Positions 9,008 through 18,483 of a stretch of DNA of 64,000 nt are shown in pieces. The notes under the pieces were generated by a model. That model was given only the letters and a program-made list of their open reading frames with translations. It was not told where the DNA came from and did not search any database. Position numbers and translations under genes: made by a program. Positions within the stretch are counted from its first letter, which is position 1; each line of letters opens with the position of its first letter. The stretch covers positions 6,432,001-6,496,000 of the forward strand of contig OZ244561.1 of the NCBI GenBank assembly GCA_965217585.1. Direction: 5' to 3'. Origin of the DNA: Candidatus Latescibacterota bacterium. GTDB lineage: Bacteria; Latescibacterota; UBA2968; UBA8231.

Positions 9008-10257
9008 GCAGCCTCCTAGCCACCCTAGCCGCCCTAGCCGGGGTCCCGCTCTTTGTGGTCATCAGCGCGATGGCCCTTTTGCACTTCTCCTTCGCCGAGA
9101 TCGATTTAACCGTCGTTTTCATCGAGATGTATCGGATAGCCGAAACACCGACCTTAACGGCTATTCCGCTCTTCGCTCTCACGGGTTTCATCCTCGCCGA
9201 AAGCGGCGCACCGACTCGTCTGGTGCGCTTCTCCCAAGCCTTGCTCGGCTGGCTGCCAGGGGGTCTGGCCATTATGGCCATTATCGTCTGCGCCCTCTTT
9301 ACTGCTTTGACCGGGGCTTCGGGAATGACGATTGTCGCGCTCGGCGGGCTGCTCTTGCCCGCTCTACGACAACAGCGCCTGCCCGATTCGTTTTCCCTCG
9401 GGCTGATTACCACCTCAGGCAGCTTAGGGTTGCTCTTTCCGCCGAGCCTGCCGCTAATCATCTACGGCATCGTATCCGAGACGCCGGTAGACCAGCTTTT
9501 TATCGCGGGCATCGCCCCCGGCTTGCTCTTGGTCGGTGCGCTGTCCTGCTACAGCTTGTTCCAAGGCCGGCGCTGTGCCGCGCCCGAGCGCTCCACCGGG
9601 TGGCGCGAATTGCCGCAAGCCTTTGTCGCTTGTAGTTGGGAGCTTCTTTTACCGGTGGTGATCTTCGGGGGGATCTACGGGGGGATAATCGCCGTCAGCG
9701 AGGCTGCGGCTTTGAGCGCCCTATACGCTCTGGTAGTGGTGGTGCTGATCCGTCGCGAGGTCTCCATCGGGCAACTGCCGAAGATCATCTGCGAAAGCAT
9801 GGTGCTAGTCGGCGGCATTTTCGTCGTCTTGGCCGCGGCCATGGCCTATACCAACTACCTCGTCGATGCGGAAGTCCCAACGCGCTTACTCGCCTATATA
9901 GAGACTCATATCAGCAGCCGCCTGCTGTTCTTGATTCTCCTCAATGTGTTTCTGCTAGCGGTTGGCTGTATGATCGACATGTTCTCTGCCCTCCTCATCG
10001 TCGTGCCTCTGATCCTGCCCATCGCCGCAGCATACGATGTGCACCCCATTCACCTCGGGATCATTTTTTTGACCAACTTGGAAATCGGCTACTCGACGCC
10101 GCCGGTTGGTCTCAACCTATTTATTGCCAGCATTCGCTTTGAACAGCCCGTACATCGGCTCTACCGAGTCTCTTTGCCTTTTCTGTTGATTCTGTTGGCT
10201 TGTTTAGTTGTGATTACCTACTGGGCTGATTTGAGTTTGTTTCTCGTTGAGTCTTAA
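9004..10257 (+). CDS. dctM: TRAP large permease
   Basis: AIPLF, SGSLGLLFPPSLP, TPPVGLNLF; probable GTG start at 9004 overlapping the dctQ stop. Confidence 0.93.
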   Translation: MSSLLATLAALAGVPLFVVISAMALLHFSFAEIDLTVVFIEMYRIAETPTLTAIPLFALTGFILAESGAPTRLVRFSQALLGWLPGGLAIMAIIVCALFTALTGASGMTIVALGGLLLPALRQQRLPDSFSLGLITTSGSLGLLFPPSLPLIIYGIVSETPVDQLFIAGIAPGLLLVGALSCYSLFQGRRCAAPERSTGWRELPQAFVACSWELLLPVVIFGGIYGGIIAVSEAAALSALYALVVVVLIRREVSIGQLPKIICESMVLVGGIFVVLAAAMAYTNYLVDAEVPTRLLAYIETHISSRLLFLILLNVFLLAVGCMIDMFSALLIVVPLILPIAAAYDVHPIHLGIIFLTNLEIGYSTPPVGLNLFIASIRFEQPVHRLYRVSLPFLLILLACLVVITYWADLSLFLVES

Positions 10258-10290
10258 GTTTTTTTGCTGGATATATTTACATATTAATTT

Positions 10291-11451
10291 TTATATGGCA
10301 TTTTCTATTTTGCGGATCACGCGTTGGCCCGCTTGCTCTAGATCCTCGGCTTCGAGATCGTACCCAAGCGCCTGCACAGCCACTGGGCCGACCTCGAACT
10401 GCTCGTCCATGTCGCTGCTGGGATAGAGCAAAAAGGCCCGACGTGCCCCTATCTGCACCGCATAGGCAACCACCTGTTGCACATCGCTTTCCACGGGGCC
10501 ATCGGCCTTGTACTTTGCATCAATTACCGCCAGCGGCTGCCCGGTTATCGCTGAAAACAGGGCCATATCCAAGCGGAAGGAAAGCCGCTCTGTTCCCTTG
10601 AGTCGCGTGTGATACTGGGCTTTGAGTTCGACCTTGTGGTTTAGCTTGTGGTCGATAAACGCCGTGCAAAACCGCTCGAATAAGGTTGGCATGTGCAGCA
10701 GGTACGCCGGGCCTTCTTCGGCTCCCAGCCCCCAAGCCGGGCTCCGCTGTTGGAGCAAGGGATAACACAGGGCATGCATGGGTCGGTAGTCCTCGTTTAG
10801 CCTGTGGTACGCTACGCCGAGGCAATCTGCGGGGCGAATGTGGCGGTAATTTAGCTCGCTCAGTGCCCACCAAGCTCGACCGACCATTTGCCGAATGCTT
10901 TCGCGGCGAAAGGCAAAGCGCCTCAGGCCGTACAGCACATTGGCCAAGATGCGGTTGTCGAGGATATCTGGCGTGTGCTCTGCAAACCGACAGTAGGGAT
11001 GGACGCCTATATAGCTGCGCTCGGGGTACATGCGCCCCCGCACCCACCGACTGGGACCTTCGCGAGTTTGGTAATCCCAAAACAACCCGCGCCGCACCCG
11101 TTGTAAGACCTTGCGCGCGAGTACCTCGGCCCAAAACTCGTAGATATCCCCCATGGCGGCCGGGGCTTTGTGCGCGCTGATTTTGGGCAACTGATAGGCG
11201 TATTCTAGCATGGGCATGAGCAGCGAGCAGCGTATTTTGGGATTGATTTCCAAGGCGGCATCTGTGCCCAATGGCACCACGCCGACATAGCCCCGCGACC
11301 TGAGCTGATAACACTGGCTATTAAGCGGGCTGGGGAAGCCGAACTCCAGCTCTTTTGGATATTGGGCGTGCAGGTGCAGAGCCTGTTCGACCGCAAGCTC
11401 GGCAGCCGGAATCGCGGCCACTTCCTCTTCGATCAACTCGTAGCGTCGCAC
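10291..11451 (-). CDS. mcrC: McrC family restriction nuclease subunit
   Basis: GYVGVV...INPK, LDM...IDAKYK (PD-(D/E)xK), DVQQVVAYA; probable GTG start at 11451 overlapping mcrB. Confidence 0.85.
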   Translation of the reverse strand: MRRYELIEEEVAAIPAAELAVEQALHLHAQYPKELEFGFPSPLNSQCYQLRSRGYVGVVPLGTDAALEINPKIRCSLLMPMLEYAYQLPKISAHKAPAAMGDIYEFWAEVLARKVLQRVRRGLFWDYQTREGPSRWVRGRMYPERSYIGVHPYCRFAEHTPDILDNRILANVLYGLRRFAFRRESIRQMVGRAWWALSELNYRHIRPADCLGVAYHRLNEDYRPMHALCYPLLQQRSPAWGLGAEEGPAYLLHMPTLFERFCTAFIDHKLNHKVELKAQYHTRLKGTERLSFRLDMALFSAITGQPLAVIDAKYKADGPVESDVQQVVAYAVQIGARRAFLLYPSSDMDEQFEVGPVAVQALGYDLEAEDLEQAGQRVIRKIENAI

Positions 11452-12893
11452 GCCCAATCCTGCAAACGCCCGGAGACCTTGGACCAGCGAAAGCGCGCCA
11501 TCTGGTCTGGGCGATCGAAAAACACTTCCTCCAGATACGGCTCGACCTCGCCTTGCCAAATATGCGCCAGCGCCGTCGCGAGATCAGCGACCATAAAAAA
11601 AGAAATGCCCAGCTCACAATCCTCGTCCCCAATGGATTGATTTACTTCTTTTAGTAGAGCGACCAATTTCTCCGGGGGTAAGCCCTTCTGCTCGAGATAA
11701 TTTGCCAAGAGCTGGTAGTTGGGGCGCAGGCGGACAAAGCTGAATCGCCGCCGCATGGCTTGGTCAACCAAGGCGATCGACCGGTCAGCCGTGTTCATCG
11801 TGCCGATGAGATAGACATTGGCGGGGATCGAAAACTCGGGGCCGCCACCGGCCAGCGCGATCGGGCGGTGGCGGTATTCCAACAGGTACATTAGCTCGCC
11901 GAAAACGCGCGCGAGATTTGCGCGATTGATTTCGTCGATGATCAGCACACAGGGCTTTCCCCCGGCATGGCGTGCCTTGGCGCAAAACCGCAGAAAGTGC
12001 CCAGCGGCCAATTCGTAGTGTAGTGCGCCCTCTACCACCTGTGGCCGAATCCCCTGGACGAAATCCTCATACGCGTACGAGGAGTGGAATTGGACGAGTT
12101 CGCTAAAACCGCCTCCATCCACCAGATAGCGCGCCAGGCGCTCGGCCAAGTACGTCTTACCGGTGCCGGGCGGTCCATATAGGATGAGCTGCTGCTTGCG
12201 CCGCAGTTGGGCAACCCAGCCCTTTAGCTGGTCGGAACTATAGCCGGTCTCCTCGGCGAGGGCTTGGTCGTCGTAGTTCTTCTCCACACGGGGGGAGACG
12301 GCACGGCCGCGGTCATGCCGCTCTACGGTCTCTTGTATCTGTTCCATGCGCCGCTCGAGTTCGCTTGCTAAAATGACCGGCTGCAATTGCTCGACCTCAA
12401 AGGGCCTAACGCGCAGGTGCAGGCCCGTTTGACGCAAGAATTTCGGTTGGACGGGGGTGCAGCGATACACCCTCAGCACCGTCAGCCAAATGTCCCGCTC
12501 AATCCCCGCCCGCCATGCTTCGACGGCTTGAGCCGTCCACGGCGTCAGTTCGGCCGCCAGCGCGCCGACCCAGGCGGCATTGGGCAGCTTGAAGTAGCCC
12601 ACGGGCACGGCCAGCGCATTCACCAGCCCTTTCTCTGCCCAGCGCTCGGCTTGCTGCGCGTTGCTAAAATCTTCCGGCGACCACCCGGTGCCCTCCGTGC
12701 CCTTGGCGTAATAACACGCGGCCGTGCTTTCCCATAACGGCATGGCTTTCAGCAGCCGCGTGCCGCGAATGATCACCATAGCTTCGCCCGCTGCCAGTGC
12801 GGCGACTTCGGGACCGGGGCGGCGCAAAAGCCGGTCGTACGGCCCGGTCAAAGGCTTGTCTAAGCGCAGACGAATGGACTTCAGTTGAGTCAT
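11433..12893 (-). CDS. mcrB: McrB family AAA+ GTPase with a DUF1802-like N-terminal domain
   Basis: GPPGTGKT, VQFHSSYAYEDFV, IIDEINRAN, MNTADRS, RRRF. Confidence 0.92.
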   Translation of the reverse strand: MTQLKSIRLRLDKPLTGPYDRLLRRPGPEVAALAAGEAMVIIRGTRLLKAMPLWESTAACYYAKGTEGTGWSPEDFSNAQQAERWAEKGLVNALAVPVGYFKLPNAAWVGALAAELTPWTAQAVEAWRAGIERDIWLTVLRVYRCTPVQPKFLRQTGLHLRVRPFEVEQLQPVILASELERRMEQIQETVERHDRGRAVSPRVEKNYDDQALAEETGYSSDQLKGWVAQLRRKQQLILYGPPGTGKTYLAERLARYLVDGGGFSELVQFHSSYAYEDFVQGIRPQVVEGALHYELAAGHFLRFCAKARHAGGKPCVLIIDEINRANLARVFGELMYLLEYRHRPIALAGGGPEFSIPANVYLIGTMNTADRSIALVDQAMRRRFSFVRLRPNYQLLANYLEQKGLPPEKLVALLKEVNQSIGDEDCELGISFFMVADLATALAHIWQGEVEPYLEEVFFDRPDQMARFRWSKVSGRLQDWACDATS

Positions 12894-13015
12894 TGCACGT
12901 ATCCTCTATGCACAATAATAGGCTTAGGCCGCTCTTTCCAAAATTCAGGCCTTTTTTATTTTCTCCTCCACCTCAAGCCCTACAAGGTCCCTTGCCCCGC
13001 CGACTCTCTCTGACC

Positions 13016-14404
13016 GTGTCCAAACTAGCGCCCAAACAATGGGTGGGCTTGCTATTGGGTATCGCGGCCCTCCTTTTGGGCTTTGCCGCCCCTTTGGCCG
13101 CGCTGCCTAGCCCAGTGCAAAACGCCCTTGGCATCGCCCTCTTTGCCCTGTTTTTTTGGACTACTGAACCCATACCTATCGCGCTGAGTTCGGCGGGGGT
13201 GCTCGTCCTGATCCCGGCCGTTGGCCTGCTGAGCTTCGAGCAGAGCCTAGCCCCTTTCGCCTCCAAGACGGTCTGGCTCGTCCTCGCCGGCATGGTCCTG
13301 AGCTTGGGGGTGGCCAAAACAGGCCTCGGAGACGCGCTGGCATCTTGGCTTCAGTCCCGTCTGTCGCAACGCCCCTTCTTCCTACTCTGCCAATTGCACC
13401 TGATCGGGCTGGTGGTGGCCTTCCTGATCCCGTCCGGGGTAATCCGCGTCCTGTTCTTGATGCCGATTGGCATCGCCCTCGTCGAGCACCTGCACGTTCG
13501 CCCATCGCCGCATCTCAAGGCCGCCGTCCTGCTCTCCCTGCTTTGCAGCACGTATTTTGGTGGTTGTGGGCTTTTGACCGGCTCCGTGCCCAATTTGGTC
13601 TTGGCTGGCCAATACGAAAAAACCCAAGGCGCACCCATATTTTGGGCCACTTGGCTGTATTGGATGTTTCCGATCATCGGCTTTTTGCGAACGTTGGTAT
13701 CGCTCGGTGTGATATGGATGCTGTTTGGCCGCCACCTCGACGGACATGTCATCCAGCAGGCCCCTCCCCCAAGCAGCACACCGCTGACCCGCGTCCAGCG
13801 GCGCGCCCTGTACATTCTCTTTGCGGGAGTGGGCTTGTGGGCCACGGACCTCTTGCACCACATCCAACCCGCCTATGTTGGCTTGGGCCTAGTGGTGTTG
13901 TTCGTCTGGCCGCGCTGGGGGCCGCTCCATTTTGGCGACTTGCTCAAGGTACGATTCGCGCTCCTAGCCTATATTGTCGCTCTGCTCACGTTGGGCCACG
14001 CCTTAGACGAGGTTGGATTTAACCACCTGTTCATCGCGGCTTTTGGCGAGCATCTGGCGTTGGCGGAATACGGCTGGCTGGGCAAGCACCTGTCGCTTTG
14101 TTTGGTCGCCCTGCCGCTCGATTTCCTGATGGACATCGCCGCGGTGGCCGGTGTGGCGACCATCCCCCTGATGGAGTTAGGTGCCCAGCACGGGATTGCG
14201 CCGCTGCCGGCGGCATTCAGCGTGGCTATGGCCACGACCTTGGCCTTCTTGCCCTACCAGTCGGCACCTTTCATGGTAGCCTATGGTTTTCGGCAGCTCT
14301 CCATGCAGCAGCTCGTCTTCGCTCAGGGCCTCATTTCCACGGCATCCTTGGTCTTGCTCTGTCCGCTCAATCTGCTCTATTGGCGGTGGCTAGGGCTAAT
14401 CTGA
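13016..14404 (+). CDS. SLC13/DASS family anion permease
   Basis: Multi-TM; FWTTEPIP, LTGSVPNL, FLPYQSAP; probable GTG start at 13016. Confidence 0.85.
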   Translation: MSKLAPKQWVGLLLGIAALLLGFAAPLAALPSPVQNALGIALFALFFWTTEPIPIALSSAGVLVLIPAVGLLSFEQSLAPFASKTVWLVLAGMVLSLGVAKTGLGDALASWLQSRLSQRPFFLLCQLHLIGLVVAFLIPSGVIRVLFLMPIGIALVEHLHVRPSPHLKAAVLLSLLCSTYFGGCGLLTGSVPNLVLAGQYEKTQGAPIFWATWLYWMFPIIGFLRTLVSLGVIWMLFGRHLDGHVIQQAPPPSSTPLTRVQRRALYILFAGVGLWATDLLHHIQPAYVGLGLVVLFVWPRWGPLHFGDLLKVRFALLAYIVALLTLGHALDEVGFNHLFIAAFGEHLALAEYGWLGKHLSLCLVALPLDFLMDIAAVAGVATIPLMELGAQHGIAPLPAAFSVAMATTLAFLPYQSAPFMVAYGFRQLSMQQLVFAQGLISTASLVLLCPLNLLYWRWLGLI

Positions 14405-14430
14405 AGCGCCATTGGCGTTTATGATTAGCA

Positions 14431-15879
14431 ATGCTTATGATAAATCGCGTCATGCCTACAGCCATTGCCAATGTCCTCGCCCAGCGCTACGCCAGCCAAG
14501 CAATCCAAGATCTGTGGTCTGAACGCGGTCGCATCGTCCTCGAGCGCGAACTGTGGATTGCCATCCTCAAAGCCCAGCGCGACCTAAAGCTCGATATGCC
14601 CGCCGCAGCCATAAGCGCCTACGAGCGCGTCAAGGATCAAGTTGACCTCGCATCCATCGCGCGCCGCGAAGCCGTTTTGCGGCACGATGTCAAGGCGCGC
14701 ATCGAAGAGTTTTGCAGCTTGGCCGGCTGCGAGCACATTCACAAGGGGATGACCAGCCGCGATCTGACCGACAATGTCGAGCAGTACCAGATTCTCCGCT
14801 CCTTGCAGCAAATGCAGATCAAGTACGTGGCCCTCCTCCTACGTCTAGGCCAGCGGGCGCTGCAATGGAAGGATCTCGCGGTCGCCGGCAGGACCCATTA
14901 CGCGGCCGCGCAACCCACGACGCTCGGCAAGCGCCTCGCCATGTTCGGCGAGGAAATGCTGGTCGCCTTTGACCGCCTCAACGAGCTAGTCCAACGCTAT
15001 CCCCTGCGGGGCCTAAAGGGCGCAGTCGGCACAGCCGTTGACCAACTGACTTTGCTCGCCGATGACGTCGACAAGCTCGGCCAACTCCAAAGCCGCGTGC
15101 GGCACCACCTCGGTTTCCAACGGGAACTGGGAGCCGTCGGCCAGATCTATCCCCGCAGCCTCGACTTTGAGGTGCTGAGCTGCCTCTACCAGCTGGGGGC
15201 TGGCATTGCCAATCTGGCCCGTGCGATCCGCCTGATGGCCGGCCACGATATGCTAACCGAGGGCTTTGCTGCTGGGCAGGTCGGCTCTTCGGCCATGCCG
15301 CACAAAATGAACAGCCGCAGCAGTGAGCGGGTCAATGGGTTGCAGGTCGTCCTCGGCGGCTATGTCCACATGCTGGGCGCGCTGGCTGGCGATCAGTGGT
15401 TTGAAGGGGACGTCTCCTGCTCGGTCGTGCGCCGCGTAGCCCTCCCCGATGGGTTCTTCGCCTTTGATGGCATGCTCGAAACCACGCTCCACATCCTCGA
15501 CGATATGGGGGTCTATGAAGCGGTAATTGCCCGCGATCTCGACCGCTATCTGCCCTTTCTCGCCACCACGACGCTGCTGATGGAAGCCATCCAACGCGGT
15601 GCTGGCCGCGAACAGGCCCACACCGCACTTAGAGAGCACGCCTTGGCCGCGGCTATCGATATGCGCGAACAAGGCCTAAGCACCAGCGAGTTGGCGCGTC
15701 GCTTGGGTGCAGATCCTCGATTTCCGCTCAGCGAAGAGGAAATCGCCGCCACGGTCTCCCACAGTCGTCGCCTCACGGGCGCGGCCACCCAGCAAGTCGA
15801 GCTTTTCGTAGGCCGGGTAGAGGAATTGGCCGCAGCCCACCCAGAAGCGCACGCAATCGAAAAGGGGCGACTGCTCTGA
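14431..15879 (+). CDS. purB: Adenylosuccinate lyase
   Basis: RHDVKA, HKGMTSRD, GRTH..AAQPTT, GSSAMPHKMN. Confidence 0.96.
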   Translation: MLMINRVMPTAIANVLAQRYASQAIQDLWSERGRIVLERELWIAILKAQRDLKLDMPAAAISAYERVKDQVDLASIARREAVLRHDVKARIEEFCSLAGCEHIHKGMTSRDLTDNVEQYQILRSLQQMQIKYVALLLRLGQRALQWKDLAVAGRTHYAAAQPTTLGKRLAMFGEEMLVAFDRLNELVQRYPLRGLKGAVGTAVDQLTLLADDVDKLGQLQSRVRHHLGFQRELGAVGQIYPRSLDFEVLSCLYQLGAGIANLARAIRLMAGHDMLTEGFAAGQVGSSAMPHKMNSRSSERVNGLQVVLGGYVHMLGALAGDQWFEGDVSCSVVRRVALPDGFFAFDGMLETTLHILDDMGVYEAVIARDLDRYLPFLATTTLLMEAIQRGAGREQAHTALREHALAAAIDMREQGLSTSELARRLGADPRFPLSEEEIAATVSHSRRLTGAATQQVELFVGRVEELAAAHPEAHAIEKGRLL

Positions 15880-15884
15880 CCTCC

Positions 15885-16619
15885 ATGCGATACCAGCGAG
15901 TCCTGCTCAAGCTGAGCGGGGAAGCCATCTCCGGCACGCACGACGTGGGCTTTGCTCCCGATTCCCTAGAGCACATTGCCGACGAAGTCCTCAACTTGCA
16001 CGCCTGTGGGGTCGAAATATCCATCGTCATTGGCGGCGGCAATATATTCCGTGGCACGCTCGCCAGTCAGTGGGGTATTGAACGGGCCGAAGCCGACAAC
16101 ATCGGCATGGTGGGGACGGTGATCAACAGCCTGATGCTGCGTGGGGTCCTCACCTCTAAATCCGATGTCGAAGTCCGGGTAATGAGCGCCATTCCCATCA
16201 ACACGGTAGCCGAGCCTTTTATTCGGCTGCGCGCGATTCACCACCTAGAGAAGCACTACATCGTCATCTTTGCCGCCGGCATTGGCAATCCGTACGTCAC
16301 TACGGACTACACGGCGGCTCAGCGCGCGATTGAGACGCGATCTCAAGCCCTGCTTTTTGCCAAGAATCAAGTCGGCGGCATCTTTACCTCCGACCCCCAC
16401 GCCGATCCCCAAGCGAGGTTGTACCGGCGGATGCACTACAACACGATCATCCAACAAAACCTCACCATCGCCGATCAATCCTCAGTCCTGTTGGCGCGTG
16501 ATCACAAGATGCCCATGCACTTTTTTGACTTCTCTGACAAGGGAACCATATTGCGTATCTGCCGCGGCCAAGACCCGGGTACCTTGGTGACGGATGTGGA
16601 TAAAAACATCGTAGAATAG
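15885..16619 (+). CDS. pyrH: UMP kinase (non-canonical paralog type)
   Basis: RVLLKLSGEA, GGGNIFRG, GNPYVTTD. Confidence 0.88.
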   Translation: MRYQRVLLKLSGEAISGTHDVGFAPDSLEHIADEVLNLHACGVEISIVIGGGNIFRGTLASQWGIERAEADNIGMVGTVINSLMLRGVLTSKSDVEVRVMSAIPINTVAEPFIRLRAIHHLEKHYIVIFAAGIGNPYVTTDYTAAQRAIETRSQALLFAKNQVGGIFTSDPHADPQARLYRRMHYNTIIQQNLTIADQSSVLLARDHKMPMHFFDFSDKGTILRICRGQDPGTLVTDVDKNIVE

Positions 16620-16621
16620 AC

Positions 16622-16655
16622 AAAAAGGCCGTCCCAAAGCAGGACGGCCTTTTTT
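16622..16655. terminator. Bidirectional intrinsic terminator
   Basis: aaaaaggccgtcc-caaagca-ggacggcctttttt between convergent genes. Confidence 0.85.
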
Positions 16656-16678
16656 CTTATACGGGGCTTTCTTTGCTG

Positions 16679-17605
16679 TTAGAATTCATAGGCAAAGGAA
16701 AACCGGTGCGCGCCATTGGTCTCGGTCAGATCCAAGCCGATGTCATAGGCATAGTCGAACATCAACTGGTTCCACTGATAGCCCAACCCCGCATTCAACC
16801 CCCCACCGGCGTCCTCAGACAACAAACGACGACCCCCCGCCCGCAACAACAACCCCTCCACTAACTGCGTCTCCCCCCCAACAACCAACCCCTGATCCGA
16901 TCCCTCCCCCGTCAAATCCCGACGCACGTATTGCACCGACACCAACGACTGACTGCTCAGACGATACCCCACCCCCACATGCACATCCATGGGCAACATA
17001 CCCGCATCCGCGTCTCCTTCAACCTCACCATACGCCACATTCGGCTGATTGATATTCTTCAACAACACCCCCACCTGCGCCCCTTGCACCGGACTCTGCC
17101 ACAGCAAACCCAAATCCACGCCTACGTTGCCTGCACTCTGGTTTGACAGCGGGTCGGGACGCCCATCATCGTCGGGAATTGCCCCCACACTCCAAAACAA
17201 ATACTTGGCCGACACCCCCACCTGAAGCCGACGCTGCACCTGATACGACAGCGACACAAACGCCCCGTTCTCGCTCATCAGCGACGAGCCAATCCGCTCA
17301 TAGCCCAAGCCCAAGCCCATCTTGTCGCCCAAAGGCTGCGCATAGGAAACCACGTGCTGACCCAGATCGTCGCCTTCGATGCCCGCATACAGCAGCGACA
17401 CGTTGGTGTAGGCCACCTGACGCTGCGCCACCTGACCTAACCCCGCCGGATTGGCAAACACCGCATCCGCGTTGTCGGCCACCGCCACAAAGCTGTTGCC
17501 CAACCCCTGGGCCCGTGCCCCCGAGCCGACATTCTGAATGTTGACGACCCCCTCGCTTGCAGTTGCCAGCAGGGCCGCACAGATAATGCCAATCGCAATT
17601 TTCAT
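16679..17605 (-). CDS. PorV/PorP-SprF-like outer membrane beta-barrel
   Basis: Signal peptide; GARAQGLGNSFVAVADNADAVFANPAGL; C-terminal HRFSFAYEF. Confidence 0.8.
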   Translation of the reverse strand: MKIAIGIICAALLATASEGVVNIQNVGSGARAQGLGNSFVAVADNADAVFANPAGLGQVAQRQVAYTNVSLLYAGIEGDDLGQHVVSYAQPLGDKMGLGLGYERIGSSLMSENGAFVSLSYQVQRRLQVGVSAKYLFWSVGAIPDDDGRPDPLSNQSAGNVGVDLGLLWQSPVQGAQVGVLLKNINQPNVAYGEVEGDADAGMLPMDVHVGVGYRLSSQSLVSVQYVRRDLTGEGSDQGLVVGGETQLVEGLLLRAGGRRLLSEDAGGGLNAGLGYQWNQLMFDYAYDIGLDLTETNGAHRFSFAYEF

Positions 17606-17786
17606 ACGCTTGCCTCCTCCACTTAGTGAGATGCGCTTGTATTGTATGTCATTTAGTATAAATATATAAACTATTAACCGTCAATCAAAAATAGCCCCGC
17701 TCGCGCGCTGCCACTTCCTTGACCAATCAAGGCCGTATGGTCGTTATTATTTTTTAAAATTTATCTCTAAACTCACGAGGTGAACT

Positions 17787-18407
17787 TTGACCGCTATCAA
17801 AGCGACCAATATCGTCCGACACGAGGGCCATGTCAGCCGCGAGAAACGCGAAAGCCTGTTGCACCAACAAGGGGTACTACTCTGGCTGACGGGCCTGCCG
17901 AGTTCGGGCAAAAGCACGATTGCTTATACTGTCGAACACGCCCTAGCCGCCCGCGGCCATTTGGCCTATGTGCTAGACGGCGACAACATCCGCTTCGGGC
18001 TCAATAAAAATTTAGGCTTTTCTGCTGACGATCGAGCGGAAAATATCCGTCGGATCGGCGAGGTAGGAAAGCTCTTTGTCGATGGGGGCTTCCTGACCCT
18101 CGCCAGCTTTGTCAGTCCCTATCGATCCGACCGCGATGGAGTGCGGGCTCTTATGGCTGAGGGCGATTTCGTCGAAATTTTCATCAGCACCCCGGTTGAA
18201 GTATGCGCCGAGCGCGATCCCAAGGGCCTCTACAAAAAAGCACTAGCCGGTGAAATACCTAATTTTACCGGTGTTTCAGACCCTTATGAGGATCCAGAAA
18301 ACCCCGAACTGGTCATCGAAACCGACACATCAACCCCCTCTGAGGCGGCCGCGCAGATCATCGGTCTACTAGAGCAGATGGGCAAAATTCGACCCACACA
18401 GGCTTGA
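17787..18407 (+). CDS. cysC: Adenylyl-sulfate kinase
   Basis: WLTGLPSSGKST, LDGDNIR, RDPKGLY, FTGVSDPYE. Confidence 0.96.
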   Translation: MTAIKATNIVRHEGHVSREKRESLLHQQGVLLWLTGLPSSGKSTIAYTVEHALAARGHLAYVLDGDNIRFGLNKNLGFSADDRAENIRRIGEVGKLFVDGGFLTLASFVSPYRSDRDGVRALMAEGDFVEIFISTPVEVCAERDPKGLYKKALAGEIPNFTGVSDPYEDPENPELVIETDTSTPSEAAAQIIGLLEQMGKIRPTQA

Positions 18408-18483
18408 ACAAACCTACCCAGCCTCTTCCTTCCGTCATACACTAGGGGATCGCCAGATCCCCTGTTTTGCGTTTGCAAGCGCG

